Positions 10,204-19,732 of a DNA stretch of 64,000 nucleotides are shown piece by piece. The DNA is from Armatimonadota bacterium (GTDB taxonomy: Bacteria > Armatimonadota > UBA5829 > DTJY01), in assembly GCA_029907255.1 (NCBI GenBank), contig JARYMF010000007.1, forward strand, positions 105,541-169,540. Direction: 5' to 3'. Made by a program: the position numbers and the translations under genes. The notes below the pieces were generated by a model, which saw nothing but the letters and a program-made list of their open reading frames with translations, did no database searches and was not told where the DNA came from. Every line of letters starts with the position of its first letter. The stretch's first letter is position 1.

Positions 10204-10860
10204 ATGAAAATCCAGTGGTTAGGGCATTCGTGTTTTCTGCTTGTTGCGTCGGATGGGACGAAAATTATAATGGACCCCTATGAATCTAATGCATTCGGCG
10301 GCGGGCTCAAGTATGAGCGAATCAAAATCGCTCCTGACATCGTCACTGTATCTCATTCTCATGCCGATCATGGCTATGTCGAGGGCCTACCAAACCATTT
10401 TGAAGTAGTCTCTGACGTCGGTGAAAAGCAAATCAGGGGAATCTCTATAAAGGGCATCAAGTCGTATCATGACAAAGAGCGAGGTACCGTAAGGGGAAAT
10501 AATATTATATTCGTTGTCGAAGTTGATGGTATCCGCGTATGCCATCTTGGAGATTTGGGTCATGTGCTTTCTGCCGACCAAGTTAATGAAATTGGAGCTG
10601 TTGACATCCTCCTTATTCCTGTAGGTGGCTATTATACGATTGGCCCTGAGGAAGCGTCTGCTGTTGTGGACCAGCTAAATCCAAAGGTTGTTATTCCAAT
10701 GCATTTCAAAACGCCAAAGGTTGAATTCCCAATCGTAGGGGTGGATGAATTTCTTAGGGGCAAGCAAAACGTTAGACGTTTCGATTCATCGGAGTTTGAG
10801 ATAACAAAAGATACACTTCCTGCGGAACGACAGATTGTTGTCCTCAAATACGCATTGTAG
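10204..10860 (+). CDS. MBL-fold metal-dependent hydrolase (UPF0173-like)
   Basis: MKIQWLGHSCFLL...SHSHADH is the beta-lactamase-fold metal motif. AGGAGG lies upstream. Confidence 0.8.
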   Translation: MKIQWLGHSCFLLVASDGTKIIMDPYESNAFGGGLKYERIKIAPDIVTVSHSHADHGYVEGLPNHFEVVSDVGEKQIRGISIKGIKSYHDKERGTVRGNNIIFVVEVDGIRVCHLGDLGHVLSADQVNEIGAVDILLIPVGGYYTIGPEEASAVVDQLNPKVVIPMHFKTPKVEFPIVGVDEFLRGKQNVRRFDSSEFEITKDTLPAERQIVVLKYAL

Positions 10861-10936
10861 TTTTTAAATTCAGCGGCTGAAGATTTTGTGTCGCGTCCGA
10901 TGCAAATCAAATCAAATCAAATTTTGAAACTCACAC

Positions 10937-11779
10937 ATGCGGGAAATACACATTTCAAAGATAGCAGAAGCTGTTGCTGAACTATGCATCAGATCAAACT
11001 ATGAGCTTGGTGATGACGTCTATCAGGCATTGAGAGATGCTATGGAGGTTGAGGATTCTCCCATTGCTCGGGATGTTCTTGCCCAACTGATTGAGAACGC
11101 CGATATTGCCCGACGAGATAGCGTGCCTATTTGTCAGGATACTGGTTATGCAGTTGTTCTTATCGAGCTTGGCCAAGATGTGCATATAGTAGGAGGTCTC
11201 TTATCCGATGCGGTAAATGCAGGTGTGGCTAAGGGATATACTGAAGGCTATCTACGCAAATCCATTGTTGCTCATCCGCTAGAACGAAAAAATACAGGCG
11301 ACAATACGCCCGCTGTGATTTACACCGATATTGTTGCTGGTGACCGTCTTAGAATTATGCTTGCGCCAAAAGGCGGAGGCAGCGAAAATATGAGCGCAGT
11401 TCGAATGATGAAGCCTTCTGACGGCATCGAGGGCGTTAAGCGATTTGTTGTGGAGACTGTGAAGGCCGCTGGTCCAAATCCATGCCCGCCGCTTATAATT
11501 GGCGTCGGCATAGGAGGGACGATGGATAAAGCTGCCGTTCTCGCGAAAAAGGCGCTGTTTAGAAGGGTAGGGGAACATAATGCGAATCCTTCAGACGCAA
11601 GCCTGGAGAAAGAGCTGCTGAGCCTCGTAAACGAAACTGGTATCGGTCCCGGCGGATTTGGCGGGAGGACTACTGCATTGGCTGTTAATGTGGAAACATA
11701 CCCTTGCCATATTGCTAGCTTGCCAGTCGCCATAAATATTCAATGTCACGCGGCGCGCCACAAGGAAATTGTAATTTAA
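10937..11779 (+). CDS. class I Fe-S fumarate hydratase / tartrate dehydratase, alpha (N-terminal) subunit
   Basis: PICQDTGYAVV, LAPKGGGSEN and IGVGIGGT motifs of Fe-S hydrolyases. It is paired with the beta subunit gene 8 nt downstream. Confidence 0.85.
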   Translation: MREIHISKIAEAVAELCIRSNYELGDDVYQALRDAMEVEDSPIARDVLAQLIENADIARRDSVPICQDTGYAVVLIELGQDVHIVGGLLSDAVNAGVAKGYTEGYLRKSIVAHPLERKNTGDNTPAVIYTDIVAGDRLRIMLAPKGGGSENMSAVRMMKPSDGIEGVKRFVVETVKAAGPNPCPPLIIGVGIGGTMDKAAVLAKKALFRRVGEHNANPSDASLEKELLSLVNETGIGPGGFGGRTTALAVNVETYPCHIASLPVAINIQCHAARHKEIVI

Positions 11780-11786
11780 GGATTCA

Positions 11787-12332
11787 ATGGAAGAGCCTAT
11801 TAAAATTTATACGCCATTAAACGATGATGAAATTGCCAACCTGCGCTCGGGTACAAGGGTACTTCTAACCGGCGTTGTCTATACTGGCAGGGATGCCGCA
11901 CACAAGAGACTTTTCGAACTTCTCCAGCAAGGAAAACCTTTGCCAATTGATATTTGCGGGCAAGTAATCTATTACGTTGGGCCAACTCCTGCAAAACCAG
12001 GACGTGTAATTGGCTCGGCGGGTCCAACAACGAGTGGGCGCATGGATGCATACACACCGGCGCTCATTGCTTGTGGCCTCAAGGGGATGATTGGAAAAGG
12101 AGTTCGGAGCCAGGCTGTAAAGGATGCCATGAAGAAATATGGCGCCGTCTACTTTGGGGCAACTGGCGGAGCAGGTGCACTGCTTGCCCAGCGAATAAAG
12201 AAGGCCGAGGTTGTTGCTTATGAAGACCTCGGCCCTGAAGCCATTTTCCGCCTCGAAGTCGAAGATTTTCCCCTAATTGTTATTAATGACATCTACGGCG
12301 GAGACTTATATGAAAGGTTGAAAATTGGCTAA
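11787..12332 (+). CDS. class I fumarate hydratase, beta (C-terminal) subunit
   Basis: LTGVVYTGRDAAHKRL...GPTTSGRMD...IGKG is typical of the beta subunit. Confidence 0.85.
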   Translation: MEEPIKIYTPLNDDEIANLRSGTRVLLTGVVYTGRDAAHKRLFELLQQGKPLPIDICGQVIYYVGPTPAKPGRVIGSAGPTTSGRMDAYTPALIACGLKGMIGKGVRSQAVKDAMKKYGAVYFGATGGAGALLAQRIKKAEVVAYEDLGPEAIFRLEVEDFPLIVINDIYGGDLYERLKIG

Positions 12333-12358
12333 GATAGCCAATGAAGTCTTGAATTCCA

Positions 12359-13516
12359 TTACTCGACGCCTTGGATTTTTCGGATTATTGCATCCGCCAT
12401 TTCGGACGTCCCGACCGCAGTTGGATCATCGCGATGCGGCTTCATATCATAGGTAACATATTTTCCCTCTGCAATAACAGCGGCAACTGCTTTTTCGAGC
12501 CTGTCCGCAGCTTCTTTTTCGCCAAGATGTCTTAGCATAAGCATGCCCGAGAGAATGAGCGCGGTGGGATTTACTTTATTTTGTCCCTTGTATTTTGGAG
12601 CGCTGCCATGAGTTGGTTCGAATATTGCTACATCTTCGCCTATGTTAGCCCCAGGTGCTACTCCAAGACCGCCAACTAGTCCGGCGCATAGGTCGGAAAT
12701 TATATCTCCATACAGATTAGGAAGCACAAGTATATCGTATATTTCGGGCTTTTGGACTAATTGCATGCACATATTATCAACAAGTCGCTCTTGGTATATA
12801 AGGTTTGCTCCCTTGCCTTTTACACTATTTACAAGAATAGGATCGGGTTCCAAGCCATCTGCAAGTTGCGGGTCCTCGAATTGTGCTCCATAGGCGAGGG
12901 CAACTTGCCTGGCTACTTTGTAGAAGAGGCCATCCGTAAACTTCATTATATTTGCTTTGCATACCGAAGTAATTATTTTTCGGTTGTTTGCCAGAGCATA
13001 ATCAAAGGCAAACTTGACAATCTGCCTGGTGCCTGTGACAGAAATCGGTTTTATTGAGATTGCTGCATCCTCGCGGATTTTCCCTTCGGCCATTTTAATA
13101 ATCTGCTTTGCTTCTGGGGTGCCCAAATCATACTCTACACCCGCATATAAGTCTTCGGTGTTCTCTCTAACGACTACCAAATCAACATCTGTGTACTTAG
13201 AGCGAATTCCAGGATAGTACTTGCATGGCCTAAGGCACGCATAAAGATTGAGCTCCTTTCGCAGAGCCACGTTTACCGACCGAAATCCTTTGCCAATTGG
13301 AGTGGTAATAGGACCTTTTAAAGCAACTTTGTTTCGGCGAATGCTCTCCAGCACGTGTTCAGGAAGTGGCGTGCCGTATTTTTCCATTACATCCATCCCG
13401 GCATCGTGAATTTCCCATTCAATGGGAACGCCAAGCGATTCGATTACGCGTTTTGCAGCAGCAGTTTGTTCCGGGCCAACTCCATCGCCTGGAATCAAGG
13501 TAACTTTGTGTGCCAC
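12359..13516 (-). CDS. isocitrate/isopropylmalate dehydrogenase family; isocitrate dehydrogenase by context
   Basis: [29 protein letters not shown] and LYGDIISD are beta-decarboxylating dehydrogenase motifs. The gene is co-oriented with aconitase. Confidence 0.75.
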   Translation of the reverse strand: MAHKVTLIPGDGVGPEQTAAAKRVIESLGVPIEWEIHDAGMDVMEKYGTPLPEHVLESIRRNKVALKGPITTPIGKGFRSVNVALRKELNLYACLRPCKYYPGIRSKYTDVDLVVVRENTEDLYAGVEYDLGTPEAKQIIKMAEGKIREDAAISIKPISVTGTRQIVKFAFDYALANNRKIITSVCKANIMKFTDGLFYKVARQVALAYGAQFEDPQLADGLEPDPILVNSVKGKGANLIYQERLVDNMCMQLVQKPEIYDILVLPNLYGDIISDLCAGLVGGLGVAPGANIGEDVAIFEPTHGSAPKYKGQNKVNPTALILSGMLMLRHLGEKEAADRLEKAVAAVIAEGKYVTYDMKPHRDDPTAVGTSEMADAIIRKIQGVE

Positions 13517-13540
13517 GGTGTTTTCTTTCCTTTCTAGTTC

Positions 13541-14374
13541 TTAGTTTGATGATTGGTGAGTAACCTTAGGTTCTCTGGTTGCTTCGTAAAGCAGTATGCC
13601 AGCAGCAACAGTAACGTTTAGAGAATGTGCTTTTCCATACATTGGAATTCTTATTATGCTATCGCATTGTCTTCGCAGGTCTTCCGATAAGCCGGTGCTT
13701 TCATTGCCCACTACAATAGCGCATGGCGGTGTCAGATGACTCTGCCATATGAGGGTTTTGCCTGTCGCTGAGCTTCCAATTATGCGAAATCCTAAGTTTT
13801 TTAGTTTGGCAATATCTTGAGTAAGTTCTTCCGACTGAACTATGGGTACTCTAAATATTGAGCCAGTGGTGGACCGCACACTAGCACGCGAATAAGCATC
13901 CGCGGAATTCCCAAATATTACAAATTTGACTCCCCAAGCATCTGCGTTTCTAATTAGGACTCCAACGTTTCGGGGGTCCTGGATTTTCTCGCCAACAAGA
14001 ACAATTGCGTGCTTGTCGCAACGGCTTACTAAATTATCAATATGCAGTTTTTGAACTTCTGCAACCGCAAGCGCTTCAATTGAGGTATTATAACCCAAGG
14101 GCATGATTCGCGTGAATACTCCGGGTGTTACGCGATAGCAAGGAATGTTTTGCTTTCTTAATCGGCTGACGAAATCATTAAGTTTTGGATTTTGAGCGTT
14201 TTCTCGAAAAAACGCTTGTTTAAGTTGAATCCCAGCATCAAGGGCTTGTTCTAGCATGTCGAAGTCTTCAACTGGGTAGGTTTTGTGCAGGCGACCAACT
14301 ATTTTAGCTAGGTCTGCCCTTGCTTGGACGATTGCTGGGTGTTTGATGCTTGAGATTAGTTCGATCTCAATCAT
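13541..14374 (-). CDS. TrmH/SpoU-family RNA 2'-O-methyltransferase
   Basis: QDPRNVGVLIRNADAWG, RVPIV and GNESTGLS...IPMYGKAHSLNVTVAAGILLYE are SPOUT motifs. Confidence 0.8.
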   Translation of the reverse strand: MIEIELISSIKHPAIVQARADLAKIVGRLHKTYPVEDFDMLEQALDAGIQLKQAFFRENAQNPKLNDFVSRLRKQNIPCYRVTPGVFTRIMPLGYNTSIEALAVAEVQKLHIDNLVSRCDKHAIVLVGEKIQDPRNVGVLIRNADAWGVKFVIFGNSADAYSRASVRSTTGSIFRVPIVQSEELTQDIAKLKNLGFRIIGSSATGKTLIWQSHLTPPCAIVVGNESTGLSEDLRRQCDSIIRIPMYGKAHSLNVTVAAGILLYEATREPKVTHQSSN

Positions 14375-14390
14375 TTGGTCGTCCGATTCT

Positions 14391-16316
14391 TTATTGAAGA
14401 TTAGAGGATTTCATATAACTCAACATTCCGCCGGCAAGGATTATGCTGACCTGCCGAGGTGTAAGATCGTATCGCACTTCAATTTTTGTGCCCTTGGTTT
14501 TGTTTTTTATGGTGATTGGTAGGCGGTTTAACAAACAATCGCGTATGGCTTCAATCTCCAGTTCGTCGTCTTGTTCTAGTTTATCGTAGTCCGCTGGATT
14601 AGCAAAGGTAAGAGGCAAAATACCGAAGTTCACTAAGTTTGCCTTGTGAATACGCGCAAAAGATTTCGCAATTACTGCTTTTACGCCGAGATACATAGGC
14701 GCAAGGGCAGCATGTTCACGACTTGAGCCTTGGCCATAGTTTTCCCCGCCAATGATAAATCCTCCACCCGCTGATTTTGCTCGAGACGCAAAGGAAGGGT
14801 CGACACCCTCAAAGACGTGCTCTGAAATTGCCGGAATGTTAGAGCGCAATGGCAGAATTTTTGACCCAGCGGGCATAATATGGTCGGTCGTGATGTTATC
14901 TTCTACTTTGATAAGTATTTTGCCGGTTAGCGTTTCAGACATCGGCCCGCGCAGAGGCAGAGGCTTGATGTTGGGCCCACGGATAATTTCAACGCGTTCG
15001 GGGCATTCGGCAGGAGGAATTATCATACTGTCGTCTATTATGTATTTTTCAGGCGGGATGACTTCCACTGGCTGGCCTAGCTCTCTGGGGTCGGTAAGCT
15101 GACCAGTAAGAATGGCAGCTGCGGCAACTTCGACACTTGCTAGGTATACTTTCCCACTCGGTGTGCCGCTTCTGCCCTCGAAATTGCGGTTGAATGTCCG
15201 TATGCTAACTCCGTTTGTGCACGGGGCTTGTCCCATTCCGATGCAGGGGCCACATGCAGCCTCAAGGATGCGCACACCTGAAGCGATGAGATCCGCTAGC
15301 GCACCGTTCCTAGCTATCATTTCAAAAACTTGGCGTGAGCCAGGTGAGACTCCAGCGCTCACGTTGGGATGGACCTTCTTGCCCTTTAGAACGCTGGCTA
15401 AAGTCATGAGATCCCGATACGATGAATTTGTGCAACTCCCTACAAGCACCTGGTCTACTTTGAGCCCCTCGATTTCCTTTACCTTGACAACTTTATCGGG
15501 TTGATGAGGTTGTGCAACCATTGGCTCTAGCGAAGAGAGGTCAATCTCGATTATCTCATCATATTTTGCATCGGGGTCGGCTTCTATTTGCGTCCACGCA
15601 TGTTCTCTTTCTTGGGCTTTGAGGAAAGCTCGTGTCTGCTCGTCGCTCGGAAATACCGACGTTGTCGCACCAAGTTCTGCGCCCATGTTGGTTATCGTCG
15701 CTCGCTCTGGAACGGTAAGTGTGCTGACGCCCGGCCCTCCGTATTCGAATATTTTTCCGACGCCACCTTTGACCGTTAGCCGGCGAAGTAACTCAAGAAT
15801 TACGTCTTTTGCAGACACCCAAGGGCGAAGCTTGCCAATGAGTCTCACAAGAACAATTTGGGGCATTGTAAGGTAAAAGGGTCCGCCCGCCATTGCCACT
15901 GCCACGTCTAATCCACCGGCACCGATTGCAATCATCCCAAGTCCACCGCCCGTCGGCGTGTGGCTGTCAGAGCCGAGAAGTGTTTGTCCGGGCACCCCAA
16001 ATCGCTCTAGGTGAACCTGATGGCAAATGCCGTTGCCTGGTCGAGAAAAGTAAACTCCGTATTTCGCCGCAATTGTTTGGAGAAAGCGGTGGTCATCCGC
16101 GTTTTCAAAGCCGGTCTGGAGTGTATTATGGTCGACGTAACTGACCGACAGCTTTGTTTTTACGCGTGGGACACCCATGGCTTCGAATTGAAGATATGCC
16201 ATCGTGCCGGTCGCATCCTGCGTAAGGGTTTGGTCAATCCTCAGTGCGATTTCATTGCCAGGCGTCATCTCGCCGGATACGAGATGACTGGAGATTATCT
16301 TTTGTGCAACGTTCAT
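14391..16316 (-). CDS. aconitate hydratase (about 640-aa type)
   Basis: DQTLTQDATG, GSDSHT, GSCTNSSYRD, ACGPCIGMG and a C-terminal swivel domain (GENYGQGSSREHAA). Confidence 0.85.
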   Translation of the reverse strand: MNVAQKIISSHLVSGEMTPGNEIALRIDQTLTQDATGTMAYLQFEAMGVPRVKTKLSVSYVDHNTLQTGFENADDHRFLQTIAAKYGVYFSRPGNGICHQVHLERFGVPGQTLLGSDSHTPTGGGLGMIAIGAGGLDVAVAMAGGPFYLTMPQIVLVRLIGKLRPWVSAKDVILELLRRLTVKGGVGKIFEYGGPGVSTLTVPERATITNMGAELGATTSVFPSDEQTRAFLKAQEREHAWTQIEADPDAKYDEIIEIDLSSLEPMVAQPHQPDKVVKVKEIEGLKVDQVLVGSCTNSSYRDLMTLASVLKGKKVHPNVSAGVSPGSRQVFEMIARNGALADLIASGVRILEAACGPCIGMGQAPCTNGVSIRTFNRNFEGRSGTPSGKVYLASVEVAAAAILTGQLTDPRELGQPVEVIPPEKYIIDDSMIIPPAECPERVEIIRGPNIKPLPLRGPMSETLTGKILIKVEDNITTDHIMPAGSKILPLRSNIPAISEHVFEGVDPSFASRAKSAGGGFIIGGENYGQGSSREHAALAPMYLGVKAVIAKSFARIHKANLVNFGILPLTFANPADYDKLEQDDELEIEAIRDCLLNRLPITIKNKTKGTKIEVRYDLTPRQVSIILAGGMLSYMKSSNLQ

Positions 16317-16344
16317 TTAGGCTTTAGCTCCTATTTTGCCTGAA

Positions 16345-16383
16345 ACCAAACCAGTGGCGGAAAGTTCTCGCCACTGGTTTGGT
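16345..16383 (-). terminator. 15-bp perfect stem-loop between the synthase and aconitase genes (attenuator, processing site or partial terminator)
   Basis: ACCAAACCAGTGGCG (16345-16359) pairs with CGCCACTGGTTTGGT (16369-16383) around a 9-nt loop. The U-run is better on the plus strand (GTTTTAT) than on the transcribed minus strand. Confidence 0.4.
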
Positions 16384-16415
16384 GTTTTATACTACATCAA
16401 TCTTCCTGGATACCT

Positions 16416-17645
16416 CTACGGATTTACGGTCATTATCTTAGCGCATTCTTCGGGATAAGCAGCGATGAATCGTAGCTCGAGTTCGTGCAGAGGCTTCGAG
16501 GTATGGAGGTCTGCATATTGCACTAATTCCAGCACTCTTTCAGCTTTTTCCTGGCTTTCGAACTCTATCCCCAAGTCGCTATAAACTTTGAGGAATCCTT
16601 TAATTCCACCATAGGCGCCTGTTGTGATGATTCTGCCCGTTGGAATAATTTCCGGCTCACCCCGACCGAGGTCTTCATAGTCGTAGAGTTCGTAATTTCG
16701 TCGGTCTTTTAGTGCGCCGTCGGCGTGGATGCCCGATTCATGCGCAAATGCATTTGCTCCAACTCCAGGCTGGTTTATTGGAATCGGGATATCAAACACG
16801 TGAGAAGCGTATTTTGCGATTTTCCACGCTTTTGTTAGGTCCACTCTATCATCTAGCAGTGATAGATCTTTGAATCCACTCGAGTAGCGCAGTGCCAGGA
16901 TGCAGGAAACTAAGTCAGCATTTCCTGCACGTTCGCCAACTCCATTGATACAGGTATTAATAAACGCATCAACGCCTGCATCAATTGCGCCTTTTGCGCC
17001 TTCAACGGAGTTAGCCACAGCCATACCCAGGTCATTATGGCAGTGGAGCTCTATTGGGAGTCCCACATGTTTAGCCAAAGTCTTTATCCTGTGGTAGATG
17101 GTCGTAGGATCATCGTATCCCAAGGTATCGCAGTATCGGATACTGTCTGCGCCAGCTTCCCTCGCCGCTTGAGCAAACTGGATAAGGTAATCCATATCTG
17201 TCCGAGATGCATCCTCCGCATTGACGCCAACCCACTCGACGCCTTTTTCCTTGGCCAGTGTAACTGCATCTTTCATTTCGGAGATTATGCTTTCACGGTC
17301 GAGTTTGCCTTTAAATTTGTGAGTTATCATTTGGTCGGAAGTCGAGATTGAGAGATTCAGCATTTTGACGTTTGTAAGCTCTAAGCTTTTCTCGACATCT
17401 TGGGGAATCGCGCGACACCAACCTTCGAGTCTTAGTGGTTTAAGCACACCTCTTTCCCAAAGTTCAAGGTTGGTGTTCAAGTAGTTTTGTTCATGCTTTA
17501 CAAATGGGAAGCCAAATTCACTTTGGAAGATTCCCATTTCATTGAGCAGAACGTTGAACAGCGTCTTTTGGAGTTTTGAAGCTCCAATTCTCGATGTTTG
17601 TACACCATCGCGATTTGTTACGTCGATGATGTAAATCTTAGGCAT
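16416..17645 (-). CDS. homocitrate synthase / 2-isopropylmalate synthase family (DRE-TIM) enzyme; candidate Re-face citrate synthase
   Basis: DVTNRDGVQ, HCHNDLGMAVANS and HESGIH motifs. AAGGAG lies 7 nt upstream of ATG 17645. The gene sits directly upstream of aconitase and IDH. Confidence 0.8.
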   Translation of the reverse strand: MPKIYIIDVTNRDGVQTSRIGASKLQKTLFNVLLNEMGIFQSEFGFPFVKHEQNYLNTNLELWERGVLKPLRLEGWCRAIPQDVEKSLELTNVKMLNLSISTSDQMITHKFKGKLDRESIISEMKDAVTLAKEKGVEWVGVNAEDASRTDMDYLIQFAQAAREAGADSIRYCDTLGYDDPTTIYHRIKTLAKHVGLPIELHCHNDLGMAVANSVEGAKGAIDAGVDAFINTCINGVGERAGNADLVSCILALRYSSGFKDLSLLDDRVDLTKAWKIAKYASHVFDIPIPINQPGVGANAFAHESGIHADGALKDRRNYELYDYEDLGRGEPEIIPTGRIITTGAYGGIKGFLKVYSDLGIEFESQEKAERVLELVQYADLHTSKPLHELELRFIAAYPEECAKIMTVNP

Positions 17646-17768
17646 CACACGGCTCCTTTCATGGATTAAAGTCGTGCTAGTTATTTACCGAACGTTCCAA
17701 GGATAGGAAACATAACGCATTGTGTTTCCTAAAGCAATCCCTTAGCCTCGGAATGTTGCGGCAGGCTG

Positions 17769-17798
17769 AGTATAACGCAGGTAATGGTTTCTTGTCAA
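17769..17798 (-). promoter_or_regulatory. sigma70-like promoter for the synthase-aconitase operon
   Basis: On the minus strand, TTGACA (17798-17793), an 18-nt spacer, then TATACT (17774-17769). This predicts a 5' UTR of about 120 nt containing an AGGAAACA/TGTTTCCT hairpin. Confidence 0.4.
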
Positions 17799-17960
17799 GA
17801 TATGGCTGTGTGGTGGGCACTATATTAACAAATGCCTTTGTTGTCTAAGAAAGCAATTTTAAAATCATTAGGTTGGAATTTTTGCTTTAGTTCTAATATT
17901 GGGCTTATCTGTATCTTGCACTTTTAGAAATATAGGTTACCAAACAATGTTTGTTTAAGC

Positions 17961-19688
17961 TTATTTGTCGAGTTCTTTCCACCAGGAAGGGTCAATATCA
18001 GGGAAAAGACAATCGCGCTCTTCGCATAGTTTGTAATTGACCCAATCAGCTTCGTTGATTTTCTCACCAGCTGCCTTTTTTCGTATCAGCTCTGCCAGTC
18101 GTTTGAAGTTTTTGCAATGTTCAGTTAATCTTGCTTCACCATAATCCTTTGACGCACCCGTGCTGATGTTAAATTGCCAGTCTGACGATTGAAGAAGGAA
18201 TAGTTCGCGTGCGGCTTGCTTCAAAATTGGCAAGAGCTCTTCGTTGTCAGCGTATTTTTCCACTAGCTCTCGCATTTCGAGCTCCGCATCATAAATGTGC
18301 GACCATGTCCATTCGGTGTTTTGATTTAGCCACATGTAGTGGAATCCACCTTCGCCCCATGAACCCTCTGGAAGCGAAATTGCGGCGGTCGGCGGATTCT
18401 TCTCAAGATATTCCGAACAAGTTACAAGTTGAATCTCTGGGTCGTAATGCATGCCTTTGATGACTTCTTTAAGCCAATTTATTCCTTCAAACCACCAGTG
18501 GCCGAATAGTTCGGTGTCGTAAGGTGCGCATATGATAGGTATTCTTCCGCTTGCATTTTCTCTTCGGAAAATCTCTTTAGTCAACCATAGGAAGTGCTTT
18601 GCATGGTCGTATGTTCGGTTAAATGCTCGGTCTACTTCATAGATTTGCTTTGCGCCTAAATCAGTATCTGGACCGGTTACACGCCAGTAACGAAGGCCGC
18701 CAGTTTGATACTTTTTATGGAATTCGAGATACCATTCGTCGCCTGGGAATCCTTGCCAGCGGCTCCACACTTGTGAGCCGGTTGCTTCATCGCGAACAAA
18801 GACAAAAACCCCCGAGGTTTTCTCTGCATTCTCAGAAGATTTGATAAGATACGGTTGATAAGGTGTTTTGGCAACGGAGATGTCGGGCCTTTCTTGTACA
18901 AACTGCGCCCATAGCTTTTGTAACGCACCAAACCTGTCGATATAGACCCCTCTAGTTTCTCCGCCATGGAGAAGGTGCGATTCGATTATAAAATATTTCA
19001 ACCCATTTTCCGCAAGAAATTCCTCGATTCCCTTGCGCTGGTACGGCTCAATAGTATGATGCTTCGGCTGGACTGGCGGAGACCACCGATACCCAGGACG
19101 GTATGCGCATTCTGGGAGCCAGAATCCTAGCGGCTGGCGCTTGAAGTGTCTCTTGTATGTGGCAACTCCCTGCTTTACCTGCGCTTGGATGCTTACGTCT
19201 TGCGAAAGCAGAGGTGAATAGCCATGTGTTGCTGAGCTGGTCATAATTTCGATGTGGCCAGCATCTTGTAGTTCCGCGAATGCTTTAAGTAGCGAACGTC
19301 GGTACTTGTTCTTAAAATGGTCAAGCGCTCTAGAATAAAAATCATGCCAGAAGTCTGCAAGACTGATGAATTGCTCTTCATGCAGTCGGGAAAAATCCTT
19401 TTTATTGTCCAAGGCGGTTTTTGCCTTCATACGCAGGTAAGCCGCCATCTCATATTTGAAGGAATCATCCGCAAGCTGCTCGGCAAGGACCGGCGTAATG
19501 CCGATGGTAATTTTTGGAGAGCATCCTTCCTCAATAAGGCTGTATAGGGCGTCGAGCAGCGGAATATATGTTTCCGCAGTGACTTCAAGTAGCCAATCGC
19601 TACCGTGGGGCCATCGCCCATGACTCAGCACATATGGTATGTGAGAGTGCAGTACAAATGCAAAATAGCCCAGTGGCTGTGATGACAA
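17961..19688 (-). CDS. GH57-family 1,4-alpha-glucan branching enzyme
   Basis: FVLHSHIPYV and DTELFGHWWFEG are characteristic of GH57 branching enzymes. Length is 575 aa. Confidence 0.8.
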   Translation of the reverse strand: MSSQPLGYFAFVLHSHIPYVLSHGRWPHGSDWLLEVTAETYIPLLDALYSLIEEGCSPKITIGITPVLAEQLADDSFKYEMAAYLRMKAKTALDNKKDFSRLHEEQFISLADFWHDFYSRALDHFKNKYRRSLLKAFAELQDAGHIEIMTSSATHGYSPLLSQDVSIQAQVKQGVATYKRHFKRQPLGFWLPECAYRPGYRWSPPVQPKHHTIEPYQRKGIEEFLAENGLKYFIIESHLLHGGETRGVYIDRFGALQKLWAQFVQERPDISVAKTPYQPYLIKSSENAEKTSGVFVFVRDEATGSQVWSRWQGFPGDEWYLEFHKKYQTGGLRYWRVTGPDTDLGAKQIYEVDRAFNRTYDHAKHFLWLTKEIFRRENASGRIPIICAPYDTELFGHWWFEGINWLKEVIKGMHYDPEIQLVTCSEYLEKNPPTAAISLPEGSWGEGGFHYMWLNQNTEWTWSHIYDAELEMRELVEKYADNEELLPILKQAARELFLLQSSDWQFNISTGASKDYGEARLTEHCKNFKRLAELIRKKAAGEKINEADWVNYKLCEERDCLFPDIDPSWWKELDK

Positions 19689-19732
19689 TTATAGATTGCT
19701 CCTTTCTTGAGGCTATCACGAAGATAGCATAC

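Noticed and set aside
10903-10922. (CAAAT)4 pentanucleotide microsatellite upstream of the fumarase alpha gene
   Set aside because: It has only four units, lies outside coding sequence and has no clear overlap with promoter elements. That is too little to claim phase variation.
14752-16343. Several 63-130-aa plus-strand ORFs antisense to the aconitase gene
   Set aside because: They lie entirely inside a strongly supported minus-strand gene. They have no RBS and show odd, low-complexity composition. These are typical shadow ORFs.
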